NCBI GenBank assembly: GCA_046758965.1
Contig: JBHIBG010000016.1
Span: 1 to 39,842, forward strand
From: Candidatus Methylomirabilia bacterium
GTDB taxonomy: Bacteria; Methylomirabilota; Methylomirabilia; Rokubacteriales; CSP1-6
Direction of reading: 5' to 3'
DNA length: 39,842 nucleotides
Positions 1 through 9,040 of this stretch are shown here, one piece after another. The notes beneath the pieces are model-generated. The model was not told the DNA's origin. It worked only from the letters and a program-made list of their open reading frames with translations, and ran no database searches. Positions within the stretch are counted from its first letter, which is position 1; each line of letters opens with the position of its first letter. The translations under genes were made by a program, and so were the position numbers.

Positions 1-64
1 CGAGGACCGCCTCGGCGGCCGGGCTCCGCGCGATGTTTCCGGTGCAGACAAAGAGGACCTTCAC
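1..64 (-). CDS. Low-molecular-weight protein-tyrosine/arginine phosphatase or arsenate reductase family protein, 5' part only (runs off the window)
   Basis: Not in the ORF track. The reverse complement from GTG at 64 reads MKVLFVCTGNIARSPAAEAVL, the LMW-PTP P-loop C-x5-R-S. SD GGAGGAG at 69-75. Confidence 0.85.
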   Translation of the reverse strand, partial: MKVLFVCTGNIARSPAAEAVL

Positions 65-164
65 GACACTCCTCCACCGGCAGTCACGGCCGCTTCGGGG
101 TGCTCAGCAGCCGCGCGGGCAACGAAGCGGAGCAGGAGCATCCAGAACCGACTCTCAGACTTCG

Positions 165-173
165 ATTTTAGCA
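165..173 (-). promoter_or_regulatory. Putative extended -10 promoter (TGcTAAAAT) for the LMW-phosphatase gene
   Basis: Minus strand reads TG-C-TAAAAT, about 100 nt upstream of the GTG at 64, in the divergent intergenic region. Confidence 0.4.
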
Positions 174-256
174 TAGGGGACGGGCAGAGGACTCTCGCGG
201 GCAGCAGCGGGAAGGCCTAGGATTTTCCCGCTGTGGCGAGTCCGTAGTATGCTGAT

Positions 257-2308
257 ATGGTGAGGGGTAAAATGCCGCTGGAGGAGGTTATGAGGCTCTT
301 CAGTCGCTCGGTCACCCTCCGCCAGGCCGCCGCAAGCATCTTCGCCATCAGCGCCCTCCTCCCCCTGCTCGTGTTCCTCTTCTTCCTGATGCAATACGAG
401 CTGATCAGGAGGACGGAAGCGCAGATCGGCCTGCTCGTGGCGCTGGTGCTCGCCCTCGCGGGCTTCGTGGCGTTCCGGCGGATGGTGGACCGGATCTCCA
501 TGCTGGCCGCCGGGAAACTCCCCGCGGATGCCGAGGTGGGCTTTGGCCGGGTCACGGAGATCGCCCACATGAGGGAGGCCTTCGGCGGCATGCTCCAGGA
601 CCTCAAGGCTTCTACGGGCCGTCTGGAGGATCTTGTATTCAAGCTCGGCACACTGAACGAACTGGTGGAGATTACCGCCAGGATCCCCACGATCCAGGAC
701 CTCCTCTCCCTGGTCCTGGAGAGGACGATGCGGACCGTAAGGGGCACGACCGGCTCTATCATGCTCCTGGATCGGCAGCGCCAGAAGCTGCAGATCGCCG
801 CGGCCCGGGGCCTGCCGAGCGACGTCCCTGTCGGCACCGAGGTCCCGGTGGGCGAAAGGATCGCCGGGAAGGTGGCGCTGTCCGGGGAGTCGATCCTGGT
901 TGACAACATCGATGCCGACCCTCGGTTCGCCAGCGACGCCAGGTATGGCGGCGGCTCCTTCATCTGCATGCCCCTCAGGGTCGGAGAGCGGATGATCGGC
1001 GTGATCAACCTCGCCAAGAGGACGTACGGCGCCGGTGACGCTCCCGACGCGGCGCCGTTCAGCCCCACAGACTTCCAGTTCCTGAACGCGCTCATGGCCC
1101 ACATTGCCTACGCCCTGGACAACGCCCGGCTGCTTGACGAGGCCCAGCAGTCGGCGAACCGGCTGAAAGAGGTGGTTCAGGACCAGCAGCTGAGGCTCAC
1201 CATCGCCCAACGGCAGATGCTTCAGGCTGAGAAGCTTTCGGCTCTAGGCCAGCTCGTGGCAGGCGTCGCCCACGAACTGAACAACCCGCTGACCGTGCTC
1301 CTGGGCAGCGCGAACCTCCTGAAAGAACAGGCCCCCGAATCGTTGCGTCCCATGCTCCAGATGGTGGTCGAGCAGTCCGAACGGTCCAGGAGCATCGTTC
1401 AAGGCCTCCTCACCTTTGCCCGACGCACGCCGCTGGAGCGCAGGCGCGTCAACCTTGCCGAGCTCCTGGAACAGGTGCTGAGCGTGGCAGCATCCGACCT
1501 CCAGCTCGCCAGGGTGAGAGTCGAGCGGGACATTGCACCCGACCTCCCGCTGCTTTGGGCAGACGGCAACCAGCTCCAACAAGTCGTCATCAACCTCGTC
1601 ACCAACGCCAAGCAAGCAATGGCCGAGGTCGAGGGCGAACGCCGACTGCGGATCACGGCGAGGCTCGCCGATCAGGACCGCGTGCGCATCCTGGTCGAGG
1701 ACGCCGGCCCCGGAATCCCCGCTGAGCTGCTCCCGAAGATCTTCGACCCCTTCGTCACGACGAAGGGATCCCAGGGAACCGGCCTCGGGCTCAGCATCTC
1801 CTACGGGATCATGCAAGAGCACGGCGGGCGGCTCAGCGTGGAGAGCGCGGCCGGCCGCGGCACAACCTTCACGATCGAGCTCCCCATAGGGGTGCCATCG
1901 GCAGAACCCCCGGCGAAGGTGCCGTCGAGCACCCCCCTCTCGCTCGCAGGTCGGCGGATCCTCGTGGTCGAGGACGATCGCGCGGTGCGGGACCTCGTGC
2001 TCGCCTACCTGGAGCGGGCGGGCTGCAAGGCAGTCAGTGTCGCGAGTGCGGAAGAGGCTCTGGAGCAGCTCGAGGAGCCGGTTGACCTCATCATCTCCGA
2101 CTTCCACCTGTCCGGCATGGACGGACCCAGCTTCTACCGCGAGGCCGTCGCCCGCCACGTTGACCTGAGCGACCGCTTCCTGTTCATGACCGGAGGCCTT
2201 GTGACCGAGGCGGACCAGGGCGTTGTCGCTGCGGGGAACGGAAGGGTCCTCCAGAAGCCGTTTTCGCGCGAGCAGTTTCTGGAGGTCGTGGGCGACGTCC
2301 TGAAATGA
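257..2308 (+). CDS. Membrane hybrid sensor histidine kinase (2 TM, GAF, HisKA, HATPase_c, C-terminal receiver)
   Basis: Motifs VAHELNNPL (H-box), QVVINLVTNA (N-box), DAGPGI, GTGLGLSI and receiver ILVVEDD...IISD...KPF. The true start may be ATG 272 or ATG 290, which has a GGAGG SD. Confidence 0.93.
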   Translation: MVRGKMPLEEVMRLFSRSVTLRQAAASIFAISALLPLLVFLFFLMQYELIRRTEAQIGLLVALVLALAGFVAFRRMVDRISMLAAGKLPADAEVGFGRVTEIAHMREAFGGMLQDLKASTGRLEDLVFKLGTLNELVEITARIPTIQDLLSLVLERTMRTVRGTTGSIMLLDRQRQKLQIAAARGLPSDVPVGTEVPVGERIAGKVALSGESILVDNIDADPRFASDARYGGGSFICMPLRVGERMIGVINLAKRTYGAGDAPDAAPFSPTDFQFLNALMAHIAYALDNARLLDEAQQSANRLKEVVQDQQLRLTIAQRQMLQAEKLSALGQLVAGVAHELNNPLTVLLGSANLLKEQAPESLRPMLQMVVEQSERSRSIVQGLLTFARRTPLERRRVNLAELLEQVLSVAASDLQLARVRVERDIAPDLPLLWADGNQLQQVVINLVTNAKQAMAEVEGERRLRITARLADQDRVRILVEDAGPGIPAELLPKIFDPFVTTKGSQGTGLGLSISYGIMQEHGGRLSVESAAGRGTTFTIELPIGVPSAEPPAKVPSSTPLSLAGRRILVVEDDRAVRDLVLAYLERAGCKAVSVASAEEALEQLEEPVDLIISDFHLSGMDGPSFYREAVARHVDLSDRFLFMTGGLVTEADQGVVAAGNGRVLQKPFSREQFLEVVGDVLK

Positions 2309-2373
2309 TCAGCCGACCGCCAGCCTCTTAGCCCGCCGGGTTCACCACCCAGCCAGCCATAGCCGGAAAACCC

Positions 2374-3024
2374 CTAAAACTTCTCCCCAGCCTTGGTCCA
2401 GTCGTCCAGGAACTTCTTGAGGCCGATCTCGGTCAGTGGATGCTTCACGAGCTGCTGCAAAACCGCGAAGGGCATGGTGGCTACATGGGCGCCGGCGAGC
2501 GCTGCGTCCACGACATGGAGCGGGTTCCTGATCGAGGCAGCCAGCACCTGGGTCTCGAACCGCTGAATGCGGTAGATCTCCGCGATCTGCCGCACCAGGT
2601 CCATCCCCACATGCCCGATGTCATCGAGCCGGCCCAGGAAGGGACTGATGTACGTGGCGCCCGCTTTGGCCGAGAGGAGCGCCTGGACCGGGGAGAAGCA
2701 GAGTGTCTGGTTGACCTTGATCCCCTCACCGGTGAGCCGCCGGACAGCTTTGAGCCCCTCGGTGGTGAGCGGGCATTTGACCACCACATTGGGCGCGATC
2801 GTGGCCAGCTCTCCGCCCTGCTTGACCATCCCCTCCTCGTCGGTCGCGACCACCTCCAAGCTGACCGGACCCGGGACGATGGCACAGATCTCTTCCACCA
2901 GGGGGCGGAACGGACGCTTCTCCTTCGCGATGAGTGAGGGGTTCGTGGTGCAGCCATCCACGACGCCCATCGCAACCCCTTCCTTCAGCTCGTCCATGTT
3001 GGCCGTGTCGAGGAAAATTTTCAT
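2374..3024 (-). CDS. tal: Transaldolase (small MipB/TalC-type family)
   Basis: [22 protein letters not shown] (Schiff-base Lys) and LAASIR. Glu in VSLEV and Phe in SPFLGR are transaldolase-type; FSA has Gln/Tyr there. Confidence 0.9.
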   Translation of the reverse strand: MKIFLDTANMDELKEGVAMGVVDGCTTNPSLIAKEKRPFRPLVEEICAIVPGPVSLEVVATDEEGMVKQGGELATIAPNVVVKCPLTTEGLKAVRRLTGEGIKVNQTLCFSPVQALLSAKAGATYISPFLGRLDDIGHVGMDLVRQIAEIYRIQRFETQVLAASIRNPLHVVDAALAGAHVATMPFAVLQQLVKHPLTEIGLKKFLDDWTKAGEKF

Positions 3025-3035
3025 GACGCTCCCCC

Positions 3036-3410
3036 TCACGCCCGCGTCACGCGGACGGTTGTACCGGCCTCAACCTTCTTGAAGACCTTCGGATCCCCGA
3101 GCACCCGACCGAACACCGTCACCGCGCTGGCCGGGCGGATCTCCTCGCCCCGACTCGCGGGCGTGGGACCGAAGAAGATGCAGAAGGCCTGCCCGGGAGG
3201 CCAGTACCCGAGATCGCCCAGCCCCACCAGTTCTGTGGGATCTTCCGCCTTCAGGCGCAACGGGATCGAGAAGTAGATCTCGTCCCCCCAGGTCTCCGCC
3301 TCTGCCGAGAGCGGCAGGGCCTCCCAGATCGCTTTCGCGGTCGTCCCTTCGCCGAGGAGCGCCTCGCCGTGCACTGTCCCTGCCGTGATCGTAATCCGTC
3401 GCTCTGCCAT
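3036..3410 (-). CDS. Cyclophilin-like fold protein (TM1367/DUF369-like)
   Basis: [28 protein letters not shown] and IRPASAV motifs. Confidence 0.85.
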   Translation of the reverse strand: MAERRITITAGTVHGEALLGEGTTAKAIWEALPLSAEAETWGDEIYFSIPLRLKAEDPTELVGLGDLGYWPPGQAFCIFFGPTPASRGEEIRPASAVTVFGRVLGDPKVFKKVEAGTTVRVTRA

Positions 3411-3420
3411 AGCGAATCTC

Positions 3421-3450
3421 AGCGTAGCCCGGGGCCGAAAGAGGTGTCAA
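3421..3450 (-). promoter_or_regulatory. Putative sigma70 promoter TTGACA-N18-TACGCT
   Basis: Perfect -35 at 3450-3445 and -10 at 3426-3421, 10 nt before the ATG at 3410. Confidence 0.55.
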
Positions 3451-3454
3451 GGCA

Positions 3455-4303
3455 TCACGTCCAGAGGCGTTTTCGATAGCGGGAGAGACGATCCTCGAGC
3501 GTCGCGCGGTCGGGGATCCCCGCGATCCCCTCCATCTCTACCGAGTTGGCCGCGGCGCAGGCTGCGAAGGCAGCCGCCTCCCAAGGGTCCCCTTCACGCT
3601 GATAGCGAATCAGGAACGCAGCCGCAAAGACATCGCCCGCCCCTGTGCTGTCCGTTTCCTTCGCAGGGTCGGCCGGAATGGCATAGCGCTCCCCGTTGAC
3701 GAACAGCAGTGCACCGGCCTGGCCCAGCGTCACGATCCCGACCGGAATCTCCTGAAACCACGTCGGCGGGTCGCCCTGTAGCGCTTCGATCTCCTCCGCA
3801 CTCAGGAAGAGCGCCTGCAGGTGAGGCAACACGTGCCGGGCGTCATCCCACTGCGCAGGGGTGATGACACCGCCCGGCCCCCGCTGCCGCAGCCACCCCT
3901 GGACGGCGGCACTGACTGCCCCCTCGGCGAACTCGGCGGCCAGGTACGGATCCACCTCGCCGGCGACGGGGCTGAGCAGGGCCAGGCTCGCGGCCTTCCA
4001 CGGCGTGGGGAGATCATCCACCATCAGGTCCGTGGCCCGGCCCAGCAGCGTGAGGCTCCGGCCCTTCGGAGTTTCCTGGTGGCGGAAGGTCGTGGTCCTC
4101 GCCGCCGGCAGTGAGACGATCTGAAGGTCAGAGGGGAAGACCTCAGCGGGGAAGTCAGGGCCAAAGCTCGTGAGAAGGCCGACGGAGCACCCCAGGCGGT
4201 AGGCCGTGAGGGCTGTGTAGAGCGCAGCACCTCCCGGCCTCACCCCGGTGGCCGTCTCATCCAGGGTCACATGGCCGACGGCCACGAAGTCCGGCGCCGC
4301 CAT
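3455..4303 (-). CDS. PfkB/ribokinase-family carbohydrate kinase
   Basis: GHVTLD...PGGAALY N-terminal motif and DSTGAGDVFAAAF anion-hole signature. Confidence 0.9.
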   Translation of the reverse strand: MAAPDFVAVGHVTLDETATGVRPGGAALYTALTAYRLGCSVGLLTSFGPDFPAEVFPSDLQIVSLPAARTTTFRHQETPKGRSLTLLGRATDLMVDDLPTPWKAASLALLSPVAGEVDPYLAAEFAEGAVSAAVQGWLRQRGPGGVITPAQWDDARHVLPHLQALFLSAEEIEALQGDPPTWFQEIPVGIVTLGQAGALLFVNGERYAIPADPAKETDSTGAGDVFAAAFLIRYQREGDPWEAAAFAACAAANSVEMEGIAGIPDRATLEDRLSRYRKRLWT

Positions 4304-4311
4304 GGCTCAGG

Positions 4312-5460
4312 CTAAAGCTCCAGCTTCTTCGCAATGATCTCCTTCATGATCTCCGAGGTCCCCCCGCCGATGGGGAAGAGCCGGGCATCCCGGTAGAAGC
4401 GCTCAATGGGATACTCGCGCATGTAGCCGTATCCCCCATGGATCTGAACGGCCTCGTATGCCACCCGGTTGGCCATCTCGGCAGTGAAGAGCTTGACCAT
4501 GGAGATCTCCTTCACCGCCTCCTCGCCGGCCTGGAACTTGAGGCAGGCCGCGTAGGTCAAGCAGCGGGCCGCCTCGATGAGAGTCGCCATGTCCGCGAGC
4601 TTGTGACGAATCACCTGCTTCCTGGAGAGCGGTTCCTCAAAGACGTGCCGCTCTCTGGCGTAGGCGGCGGTGTCTTCCAGGGCGCGCTCCGCTCCCGCCA
4701 CGGCACAGATGCCGGCGACCAGGCGCTCTCGTTGGAAAATCCTCATGACCTCGTAGAACCCCTTCCCCTCCTGGCCGAGCAGATGGGTCGCGGGCACCCG
4801 CGTCTCCTGGAAGCTGAGCTCCGCGGTGTCGGAGGCGCGCATCCCCATCTTGTCCAGCGTCCGACTGACCGTAAAGCCGGGGCTCCCACGCTCCATCAAG
4901 AACATCGAGATTCCCTTCTGCCGCCGCTCGGCATCTGCTGCCTCGAGGCGGGCCGCCACGATGTAGAGGTCGGCCACAGCACCGTTCGTGATAAACATCT
5001 TGGACCCGTTGAGGACGTAGGAGTCGCCGTCACGTCTGGCCCGGGTGCGGATGGCCGCCACATCCGAGCCGCCGCCGGGCTCTGTAACCGCGAGGGCACA
5101 GACCTTCTCGCCACGGCAGATGGCCGGCATGTATCCGTCCTTCAGGCCTTCACTCCCCGTGTAGTAGAGGTGCGGCGAGGCCATGTCGGTGTGGACAGTG
5201 ACAGCCATGGCCAGGCTGGCGCTCCGGGAGCGAGCCAGCTCCTCGGCGAGCACGACGCTGGTCAAGAAGTCCGCGCCGGCCCCGCCGTATTTTTCGTCGT
5301 ACTCCACCCCGAGGTATCCCAGCTCTCCCATGCGGAGCCAGAGGTCCCTAGGAATCACCCCGTTGGCCTCCCACTCCTCGACGTGGGGGGCCACCTCCCG
5401 CTCGACGAAGGCGCGCACGGCCCGCCGGAACGCCTCGTGCTCCTCTCCGAATATCTTCAT
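4312..5460 (-). CDS. Acyl-CoA dehydrogenase (LCAD/IVD-like catalytic Glu position)
   Basis: LAVTEPGGGSDV, GSKMFITNG, QRERL, QIHGGYGY and IGGGTSEIM. Confidence 0.93.
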   Translation of the reverse strand: MKIFGEEHEAFRRAVRAFVEREVAPHVEEWEANGVIPRDLWLRMGELGYLGVEYDEKYGGAGADFLTSVVLAEELARSRSASLAMAVTVHTDMASPHLYYTGSEGLKDGYMPAICRGEKVCALAVTEPGGGSDVAAIRTRARRDGDSYVLNGSKMFITNGAVADLYIVAARLEAADAERRQKGISMFLMERGSPGFTVSRTLDKMGMRASDTAELSFQETRVPATHLLGQEGKGFYEVMRIFQRERLVAGICAVAGAERALEDTAAYARERHVFEEPLSRKQVIRHKLADMATLIEAARCLTYAACLKFQAGEEAVKEISMVKLFTAEMANRVAYEAVQIHGGYGYMREYPIERFYRDARLFPIGGGTSEIMKEIIAKKLEL

Positions 5461-5554
5461 GGCACCTCGCTACGTTCCCGCCCGTCGGGTGGCGCGGCGG
5501 GCGGGCCCCCCCGGCCGCCCGCAGCGGGGTCCCCACACATACCTTAGTTCCGCC

Positions 5555-5631
5555 AGTTCGGGCGCCGGCTCTGCCGGCGCAACCCTTTTTCTGGGGGAGG
5601 CATCGGAGGGGGCCGTCGAGGCCCCTTCCGA
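5555..5631 (-). repeat. Composite REP-like double-hairpin element, copy A
   Basis: Hairpin TCGGAGGGGGCC-gtcga-GGCCCCTTCCGA (5603-5631) plus GCGCCGGC-tct-GCCGGCGC (about 5563-5580) next to AACCC. Similar to 24561-24626 in the opposite orientation. Confidence 0.6.
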
Positions 5632-5633
5632 CG

Positions 5634-6902
5634 TTAGTCCCATTTCCGCTCGTCTGAGATCTTCTTGGCCCCTTCCGGTATCGTCCCTCGGGCCACCACC
5701 TCGACCTGGCCTCGAAGCTTCATGACGTCTCGGATCGACGACTCGAGCGCCGAGGAGACCCCGGCGGCCTCGACACCTTCAGCCAGCTCCACCCTGAACG
5801 TCATGACATCCTGGTGATCCTTCCGGCTGACAACCACCTGGTGGCGGAGAATCCCCCGAACTTTCCCTGCCGCCTCATCCACCTGCCGCGGATGGATAAA
5901 CATGCCGCGGACCTTCGTCACCTCATCCGCGCGCCCCCGCCAGCCGAGCATCCGGGCCGAGGTGCGTCCGCAGGGGCAGTTGGAATCATCAATCACGGTC
6001 AGATCGCCGGTGCCGAACCGGATCATCGGGTACGTGTGGTTGTTGACCGTCGCCACGATCTCGCCGATCTGGCCGTGCGCCGACGGCTCGCCCGTCTGCG
6101 GATCACAGACCTGGACGATGGCGTCCTCGGTCAGGTGCATCCCGGACTTCTCTGGGCACTCGTAGGCGACGAGCCCGAGGTCGGCGGTGCCGAAGCCCTG
6201 GCGGGTCATGATCCCGTACTCCTGCTCGAACTGGCTCCGCAGCGACTCGGGCAGCGGCTCAGCCCCGACCTGGGCCACCTCGAACGGCAGCCGCCCGACG
6301 CGGAGCTCCTCCGCGCGCTTCAGGATCGTCATCAAGAAGCTCGGCGTGCCCATGTACCCGGTGGCGTTCACTGCCCGCGCAATCGCCACCTGGGTGTCGG
6401 TGTTGCCCGGGCCGGTGGGGACAGCGGTGCACCCGATCAGATTGAGCGCCTCGTCAAGCTCGTGCGCAGCCGGGACCAGCTGGTAGAGGTAGGTATTGAT
6501 GACAACGTCGCCCGGCCGGAAGCCACCGGCATAGAGCCCGGGCTCGGCGTGCCAGGCGCCGAGCTCCGGTCCCATCGGCTCCAGAATCGGCCCTGGGGAG
6601 ACGAAGATCCGCCGGACCTTCGAGAGGGGAACGGTGCAGAAGCCGCCGAATGGCGGATCCGCTTTCTGGAGATCGGGCATCTGGCTCTTCTTGATCACCG
6701 GCAGCCGGGCCAGAGCATCGAGATCTCGCAGAGCTCTCGGCGTGAGACGGGCCGCCTCGAGGCGGCGCCTGACTCCCGGGGCCCGGTGCCAAGCGAGCTC
6801 GATCAGCTCACGGAGCCAGGCCTCCTGGTAGCGCCCCCGGGCGGCGTCGGACATCGTCTCCTTGCCACGGTCGTAGTATCCGCTCTTCCTGTCTGGTTTC
6901 AT
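5634..6902 (-). CDS. Phenylacetate-CoA ligase (PaaK)-like acyl-CoA ligase
   Basis: IFVSPGPI, GYMGTPSFL, GAEPLPES, GTADLG, YPMIRFGTGD and KVRGMFIHP. Confidence 0.88.
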   Translation of the reverse strand: MKPDRKSGYYDRGKETMSDAARGRYQEAWLRELIELAWHRAPGVRRRLEAARLTPRALRDLDALARLPVIKKSQMPDLQKADPPFGGFCTVPLSKVRRIFVSPGPILEPMGPELGAWHAEPGLYAGGFRPGDVVINTYLYQLVPAAHELDEALNLIGCTAVPTGPGNTDTQVAIARAVNATGYMGTPSFLMTILKRAEELRVGRLPFEVAQVGAEPLPESLRSQFEQEYGIMTRQGFGTADLGLVAYECPEKSGMHLTEDAIVQVCDPQTGEPSAHGQIGEIVATVNNHTYPMIRFGTGDLTVIDDSNCPCGRTSARMLGWRGRADEVTKVRGMFIHPRQVDEAAGKVRGILRHQVVVSRKDHQDVMTFRVELAEGVEAAGVSSALESSIRDVMKLRGQVEVVARGTIPEGAKKISDERKWD

Positions 6903-6915
6903 GCCATCCTCACTT

Positions 6916-7722
6916 CTAGCTCAGCCAACGCTTGCGACGCCGGTAGTGCTTGATGTCCCGGTAGCTCTTCCGAGCGCCGACCTCGCTCAGCCCCAGATAG
7001 AACTCCTTGATGTCCTCGTTGTTCTGAAGGGTCTCAGCCGCCCCGTCCAGCACAATCCGCCCATTTTCCATGATGTAGCCGTGCTGGGCGATCGTCAGGG
7101 CCATCGCGGCGTTCTGCTCGACGAGCAGGACCGTCACACCCTCGTCCTGGTTGAGCCGTTGAACGATGGCAAAGATCTCCTCAACCAGCATCGGGGCCAG
7201 ACCGAGGGAAGGCTCGTCCAAGAGCATGACTTTCGGTCGAGACATGAGCCCCCGCCCGATAGCTAACATTTGTTGCTCCCCCCCTGAGAGGTAGCCTGCC
7301 GTCGCTGCTCTCCGATTCGCCAGCTTCGGAAAATAGCCGTACACTAACTCGAGATCCTGCCGGATCGCCCGGAGATCCCGCCGGGTGTGAGCACCCGCCA
7401 GGAGGTTCTCCTCCGTGGTCAGGTGCTCGAACACCCGGCGACCTTCCATGACCAGGGCGATCCCCATGCCCACGATCTTCTCGGGCTCCCGGTACTCGAT
7501 GCGCATCCATCCGTTTGGTCCCTTGAACTCAACGGACCCGGTTGTCACCTCTCCCCGCTCGGGCTTCAGGATTCCGGAAACCGCCTTGAGTACCGTGCTC
7601 TTTCCGGCCCCGTTCGACCCGAGGAGGGTCACGATCTGCCGATCCGGAACCTCGAAGGACACGCCTCTCAGGACCAGGATCGCCCGGTCGTAGACGACTT
7701 CGACGTTGTTCAGCTTGAGCAT
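6916..7722 (-). CDS. ABC transporter ATP-binding protein, LivF-like (cassette 2)
   Basis: Walker A GSNGAGKS, signature LSGGEQQM, Walker B LLDEP and basic C-terminal tail HYRRRKRWLS. Confidence 0.93.
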   Translation of the reverse strand: MLKLNNVEVVYDRAILVLRGVSFEVPDRQIVTLLGSNGAGKSTVLKAVSGILKPERGEVTTGSVEFKGPNGWMRIEYREPEKIVGMGIALVMEGRRVFEHLTTEENLLAGAHTRRDLRAIRQDLELVYGYFPKLANRRAATAGYLSGGEQQMLAIGRGLMSRPKVMLLDEPSLGLAPMLVEEIFAIVQRLNQDEGVTVLLVEQNAAMALTIAQHGYIMENGRIVLDGAAETLQNNEDIKEFYLGLSEVGARKSYRDIKHYRRRKRWLS

Positions 7723-7726
7723 GGAG

Positions 7727-8962
7727 CTATTTCTTCATCCCGGCCTTCCTGACCTCGTCCAGCACGACATCTCGATAGCCTCGGAACCAGTCCCCGTGGG
7801 CGACCAGTTCCTGCCCCTTGGTCTGGTAGAGCTGTACCCAGCCGCCGCCCTCGTGGTCGGCCACCGTGACAGTCAGCGGGGGGAGGAATCCGCCCAAGGA
7901 GAAATCTTTGATGCTCTCGTACCCTCTCTTCACCTTCTCACCGGTGACCGGGAGGCCCTCATTCTGAACGGCGAGACGAACGGCCTCAACCATGAAGGCT
8001 GCGATCAGCACGCCCCGGTTGTAGTACACCGATCCGACGGTCGCCGGAACCTCCTTCCCCTCATCCTTGTACATCTTGATGATCTCCCGGATCACGGGGT
8101 AGTTCCGCCCGACGCTGGCGAACTGCATCCCTAGGTAGCCCTGAGCCGTGTCCCAGCCGGCAGCGATCATGTCGTGCTCCCCCGCGCCCCACACGAAGCT
8201 GATCACGTGATCGAGGGGATATCCGTTCTTCTTGAACTCCTTGATCGAGATAGACGGAGACTTCCCGAAGAGATGCGAGACTACCCACTTGGCCCTCATC
8301 CGCCGGGTGATGTCAAGCACTTGGGAGGCCATCTCGACCCCCGGAGACGGAACGGCAAAGATCCGGCACTGGTAGTCCTCCAGTCTGCAGATCCGGTCAA
8401 ACATATTCAGTGGCTCACGCCCTGCCGGGTTGTCAAAGAAGATATACGCGATCTTCTCGCCCTTCTTGGCGCCATTGTCCTTCAGGTACTTCATGGCTGC
8501 GCCCATCTGGGACCAGTACGTCGCCGCCAGCGGGAAGATGTAGGGGTAGCGCTTCCCGTCAGTAGCGTCGGCGCGCCCGAAGCCCGGCGTGATCCCCGGA
8601 ATCTTGTCCGCGAGGTGTCGCGGGGTCAGGGCGTAAACGATGGGAGTCCCGTAGTCGAGGATGGCGACGCCCCCTTCACGCTTGATGCGTTCGTAGGCTT
8701 CCACACCCCGGTCCACCTTATAGCCATGCTCGACCTCGATGTAGCGGAGCGTACTGCCCTTAACGAGTCCCTTCCTGTTTGCCAGCTTCATGTAGTCGAT
8801 GACCCCGGGGCAGATCTGTGTGCCGATCAGCTTCGTGGCTCCAGTCCGGTCACACTGTCCGCCGACGACGATCTCCGCCGCGGAGGTCATCGTCAGAGTC
8901 CCCGACAGCCCCAGAACGAGCCCTGCCACCGCCAGAATCGTAAACAATCCTCGGGTCCTCAT
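7727..8962 (-). CDS. ABC transporter substrate-binding protein, Liv/PBP1-type (cassette 2)
   Basis: N-terminal signal peptide; motifs YKVDRGVEAYER, GFGRADATDGKRYPYIFP, TYWSQ and DHEGGG; lies in the operon with permeases. Confidence 0.88.
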   Translation of the reverse strand: MRTRGLFTILAVAGLVLGLSGTLTMTSAAEIVVGGQCDRTGATKLIGTQICPGVIDYMKLANRKGLVKGSTLRYIEVEHGYKVDRGVEAYERIKREGGVAILDYGTPIVYALTPRHLADKIPGITPGFGRADATDGKRYPYIFPLAATYWSQMGAAMKYLKDNGAKKGEKIAYIFFDNPAGREPLNMFDRICRLEDYQCRIFAVPSPGVEMASQVLDITRRMRAKWVVSHLFGKSPSISIKEFKKNGYPLDHVISFVWGAGEHDMIAAGWDTAQGYLGMQFASVGRNYPVIREIIKMYKDEGKEVPATVGSVYYNRGVLIAAFMVEAVRLAVQNEGLPVTGEKVKRGYESIKDFSLGGFLPPLTVTVADHEGGGWVQLYQTKGQELVAHGDWFRGYRDVVLDEVRKAGMKK

Positions 8963-9040
8963 AGCAAGCCCTCCTTAGTGGTCAGCTTCGGAAATGCCGT
9001 GACCCCTCCTGCCTTCCCTTCTCCCTTGCCACCTCCCTCC

